From Blastocladiella emersonii ATCC 22665 (lineage: Eukaryota; Fungi; Blastocladiomycota), in assembly GCA_025594325.1 (NCBI GenBank), contig JANHCV010000011.1:1364001-1428000 (forward strand): a DNA stretch of 64,000 nucleotides, written 5' to 3'. The position numbers were made by a program, and so were the translations under genes. This document shows, piece by piece, positions 60,589 through 64,000 of the stretch (position 1 is the first letter of the stretch; each line of letters begins with the position of its first letter). The notes under the pieces were generated by a model that saw only the letters and a program-made list of their open reading frames with translations, searched no databases and was not told the origin of the DNA.

Positions 60589-60613
60589 GAGACGCGTCGA
60601 TCAATCATGTGAC
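60589..60613. promoter_or_regulatory. Repeated non-coding element, copy 3 (inverted)
   Basis: Reverse complement GTCACATGATTGATCGACGCGTCTC matches copy 2 at 24/25. Confidence 0.5.
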
Positions 60614-61059
60614 CTATCACGAGGGCGCGGCCGCTCGCGTTCGCGCGTTTCTCGTCGCCTCGGTGAGGTCGCTTCGCCGCGGTCTCACGCTCACCGCTTG
60701 CTTCCACGCCGCCTGACATGCAGCAAATGAACATTGACTAAGTGCAAACGCCCGGCCGACCACCAAAATCTTGTCTGCCCCGCATCAACCACCTTACCGC
60801 TCGCGTGCCGGACCGGCTCCCAATCGGCGCCCGCCAGCTTGTTTACTCCTACTCGTGCGTGTTTCTCGGTCTTCCATGCAAGACAAGAGTCTCCTTTTCC
60901 CGCCGCCCGGCGCAAGATCACGACCGCTGTGAGCAGGCTGGCTTGGGTGAGACAATGAGCCTTGACTTGCACCCTCGGGCAACTGATGGACTGACTGTTG
61001 CCGTAAACTTCCACTGCACTTAGTTATCTTGCGCTCAGTCGCGTCACCTGTTCCCGAAC

Positions 61060-62703
61060 ATGTCGTCTTCGCGCCTTGAAGTGGGACTCTGGACCAACAA
61101 GGCCGAAATGACCCACGATCCCGCGAGCGGCGTCAACGTTGTTGGGAAACTGTGCCAGTCCAGCGGTCACTTTGCCGAAGCCCTCGTCAACTACCAGTAC
61201 TCGCTTTGGACGCGCTGGGGTGCTTCGTCGCTGATGCTGCACGTCGGGCTCGTCTCGGTTTTGCGCGATCTCGGCGACTGGCCGCGCATCCTCGACAAGT
61301 GCCAGGACGCGATCCGCAAGTACCCCTCGTGGGCTCGCACTCTCAACCCGTTCATGATCTACGCGTGCCAGCAGCTCGGGCAGCGCCGGAACCTCGACGC
61401 GTCCGTGATTGACAAAATTGCATCTGTCATGGCTACCGCCGCTGCTTCGACCTCCCCGAACGCTTTGTCGATTCTGGGAAACGTGGTCGATGCCATCGCT
61501 CGCAACCGCATGGACGGCGAATTTCGCGCCCGCGTCGGCGCCCTGCAGCTCGAGGGCTTTCACTTGGCACTCTTCGACTCTGATGAATCTGGCCGTGCCC
61601 TCGCCGACGATGTGCGCAACGCGCTGATCGGCATTATACTCGAGTTTGTCGATCTCCTTCGCGAAACTTCATCGTCGCCCTCGCCGACTGCATCCTCGGC
61701 ACCTGCTTCTCCCTCGATCACGGCGGCCATGACCGCGTTCATCGCTTGGTTCGCGTCCGCCTTGGACCGGTGCGACCGCCTGCCCAAGACCTTCGCCGCG
61801 CGCGAGCTCGCCCACTCGGTCTGCCGCTCCCTCGTTGTGATCTGGCTGCAGCGTCATCCCGAGCAGGAGCAGCCCCTCGTTTCTTCCGATCTAGCGCTTC
61901 CGGGCCGGGCTTACGTCCCGCGCGCGGCGCTCGCCGAGCTGTGGGTGCGCACGGCGAACCTCGCCACGTCGGCCGGCCGCGGCTTCATGGCCGAGGCGTG
62001 CATCCGCGAGGCTCGGTCGCTGCTTCCCTTAGTCGCTGCGGGTACGGTTGGTTCCGCGGACGAAATGGCTAGGGCGACCGCGACGCGCATCGATCTCGCT
62101 GATCTCAAGTTCTGCAACAAGTTCCTCCCGATTGACATGTACATTATGTCGCATCGGTACATGTCAACGCCAGATGACCCTCCGCCGCCGCTGCCACGCC
62201 TTACTGTCGACTCGTCCGTGCGCTGGGGACCGCCCACGTACCGCAACACGGCCGCGTTCCAGCGCGCTCGGCTGCACCTTTACCTCGCCCGATGGATGTT
62301 CAAGGACGGCAGTGCGGGCCCAGCGACGACCATGTGCGAGTTCTTTGCAGCGTGCTGCTTCTGCCCGAACTGGGGCAAGTCACACTTCATCGCGGGCGAG
62401 TACATCCGCGGGCGAATGCTGTCGGCGACGACCGAGGCCTTCAAGACCAAGACGCGGGTGCTGGCCGTCGGCAGCTTTGCGTACGCCGCTTGCTTCAGCC
62501 AAGATTACGCGGTCGCTGCCGTGAGCGCCCTCCTCCCGCTAATGTGGACCCCCATCACCATTCCGCGCCCGCTGCCTGTTGGTGATGCGGCAGCTGCGTC
62601 GCGGGAGGATATTCAGTTTATCCTTGACCAAGTCATTGCTGCGATCAAGGAGGGCCCGATCCCGCTCAACCTGCCGGAGGTGCTGACCCCGCGCGCTGCT
62701 TAA
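61060..62703 (+). CDS. Divergent stand-alone FAT/TPR-like fragment resembling ATR/Mec1 PIKK; no kinase domain; possibly a pseudogene
   Basis: ELWVRTANLATSAGRGFMAEACI, ARLHLYLARWM, NWGKSHFIAGEY and AVGSFAYAACFSQDY..VSALLPLMW resemble ATR FAT motifs (from memory); intronless with relaxed codon bias. Confidence 0.45.
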   Translation: MSSSRLEVGLWTNKAEMTHDPASGVNVVGKLCQSSGHFAEALVNYQYSLWTRWGASSLMLHVGLVSVLRDLGDWPRILDKCQDAIRKYPSWARTLNPFMIYACQQLGQRRNLDASVIDKIASVMATAAASTSPNALSILGNVVDAIARNRMDGEFRARVGALQLEGFHLALFDSDESGRALADDVRNALIGIILEFVDLLRETSSSPSPTASSAPASPSITAAMTAFIAWFASALDRCDRLPKTFAARELAHSVCRSLVVIWLQRHPEQEQPLVSSDLALPGRAYVPRAALAELWVRTANLATSAGRGFMAEACIREARSLLPLVAAGTVGSADEMARATATRIDLADLKFCNKFLPIDMYIMSHRYMSTPDDPPPPLPRLTVDSSVRWGPPTYRNTAAFQRARLHLYLARWMFKDGSAGPATTMCEFFAACCFCPNWGKSHFIAGEYIRGRMLSATTEAFKTKTRVLAVGSFAYAACFSQDYAVAAVSALLPLMWTPITIPRPLPVGDAAAASREDIQFILDQVIAAIKEGPIPLNLPEVLTPRAA

Positions 62704-63410
62704 CTTCTGTCGTGATCGAAACGATGCGGGCTGTCCGGGACGGAGGTATTTACTGATCAGGCTTGAATCACGTCGTCTGCTGTCGTTGTACATATCGTAC
62801 GGCCACGCCGTACTTGAGAACTGGCCATTGCGCGAGAAGCGGGTAACCATTCAGTTCAAATCAAGTGGCTAAGCCATGTCGTCTGGTTGACGGCCGCGTA
62901 CTGGCGCCAGCCCAAGGTCGACAGGGCCACGGGCTTCGAGGCCGCGCGCTCGGACCTGATGGCCGACCTCACGAGCAACAGCTAGTCCTTCAAGCCCGCA
63001 CGAGCTCACGCCGGACTACGGCCTGTAGTGCGGCACGTTGATCGCTGTTCTCAACGTCCTCCTGATGTCTCCAGCGTCTCCCCAGCAACCACCCGAGGTG
63101 CGAGACGCGACGCGCCGCGTGAGGCGCCCGCGTGACCGCGATTTGAGTTTCAGCCACGTGGCGCGACGCGTCGGTTTTCGGGTTGGGGATTTGCGCGCTG
63201 TGGGTGTGTGGGCCTCGACGCCGCCCGCCCACGGTCGGCAGTCCTCTCTCTCCTCCTGTTCCTGCAGCCATCCTGGCACTACGAAGCATATTCCACGCAA
63301 CCCGCAACCGCGCACACTGATTCGCGCACCATCTCGCTCGCACTACCCCCTCGCTTCGCCCTTTTGACCTGTCCGACGGGCCGACCTTCACCAACACCAA
63401 CAACTGCGCC

Positions 63411-64000
63411 ATGTTCGGCAACCTGTCCGAGACTTCCTCCTCGCCGCGGTCCGGGCTCGACTCGCAGGCGGCGCACTCTGACGGCCACGGCCACCACGAC
63501 CAACCGCCCGCGCCCGCCGCCACGCTTGCCAACTGCAGCGAGGTGGGCAACGGGAACACGTTCTACCCGGTCATGTCGAACGAGGGCGAGGACGAGGACG
63601 ACGACGACGTGAGCGACGACGACGTGACTTACTACAACGACTCGTACGGCCCTCGCCCGCCGATCGTCTACCACCACGGTATCCGGCATCAGCTGCGGCG
63701 CACCAAGTCCGACTCGACGGCCAGCGACGCGGGCTACGCCACCCTGAGGCCCGACAGCCCGGGCGACGACGAGTCGGACTCTGACGACTCGGGCGACTAC
63801 TTCCTCGGTGACCATGGCCCACGGCCCGCGCACCCCCATCACCATGCGCCGGTGCTGCAGCAGGTCGGTCCCGACGACACCGTGACCGTCGACAAGTGGG
63901 CCAGCAAGTGGGACCAGAACGACAACCCCGACGTGTACGGCATGACCGACGCCGTGGCGGACGCGGAGTACCTCGGCACGGCCAGCAAGTACCGCTACAG
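63411..64000 (+). CDS. 5' part of a hypothetical protein running off the window end
   Basis: Open frame from ATG at 63411 (MFGNLSETSS..EDEDDDD..KWASKWDQNDNPDVYGMTD..) with host-like codon bias and no stop before 64000. Confidence 0.55.
   Translation, partial: MFGNLSETSSSPRSGLDSQAAHSDGHGHHDQPPAPAATLANCSEVGNGNTFYPVMSNEGEDEDDDDVSDDDVTYYNDSYGPRPPIVYHHGIRHQLRRTKSDSTASDAGYATLRPDSPGDDESDSDDSGDYFLGDHGPRPAHPHHHAPVLQQVGPDDTVTVDKWASKWDQNDNPDVYGMTDAVADAEYLGTASKYRY

Noticed and set aside
1-64000. rRNA, tRNA, CRISPR arrays or prokaryotic operons
   Set aside because: No cloverleaf/T-loop signatures, rRNA motifs or regularly spaced repeats were seen; genes are spliceosomal-intron-containing eukaryotic genes.

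Overview
Gene-dense, very GC-rich eukaryotic DNA with short GT(A/G)CG...(C/T)AG introns, mostly about 55-130 nt. Gene content and intron style suggest an early-diverging zoosporic fungus, probably Blastocladiomycota-like (inference). About 30 spliced genes are supported: CDC4, an RGS protein, dynactin p22 and p25, a La/LARP7-like protein, a C2 protein, a FANCJ-type helicase, a subtilase, UMP-CMP kinase, SUV3, a RanBP2-zinc-finger protein, a Borealin-like protein, a PB1 protein, CLEC16A, TMEM254, ubiquilin/DSK2, two tandem ankyrin-like/LRR genes, a nucleotide-sugar transporter, TRM7, a TPR protein and TPX2. The clearest mobile element is an apparently intact two-gene PIF/Harbinger transposon (27225-30467) with 15-bp TIRs and a TAA target duplication. 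Most notable unexplained structure: (i) a near-identical 19-25 bp non-coding element at three distant sites, one inside the transposon; (ii) four Ser/Thr-rich signal-anchor membrane genes that all have a phase-0 intron in the middle of the TM helix; (iii) a PB1 protein with tandem PP1-docking motifs; (iv) a kinase-less ATR-like FAT fragment and a TAG-interrupted pseudogene. No rRNA, tRNA or CRISPR array was recognised. All calls are from manual reading; no searches were run.
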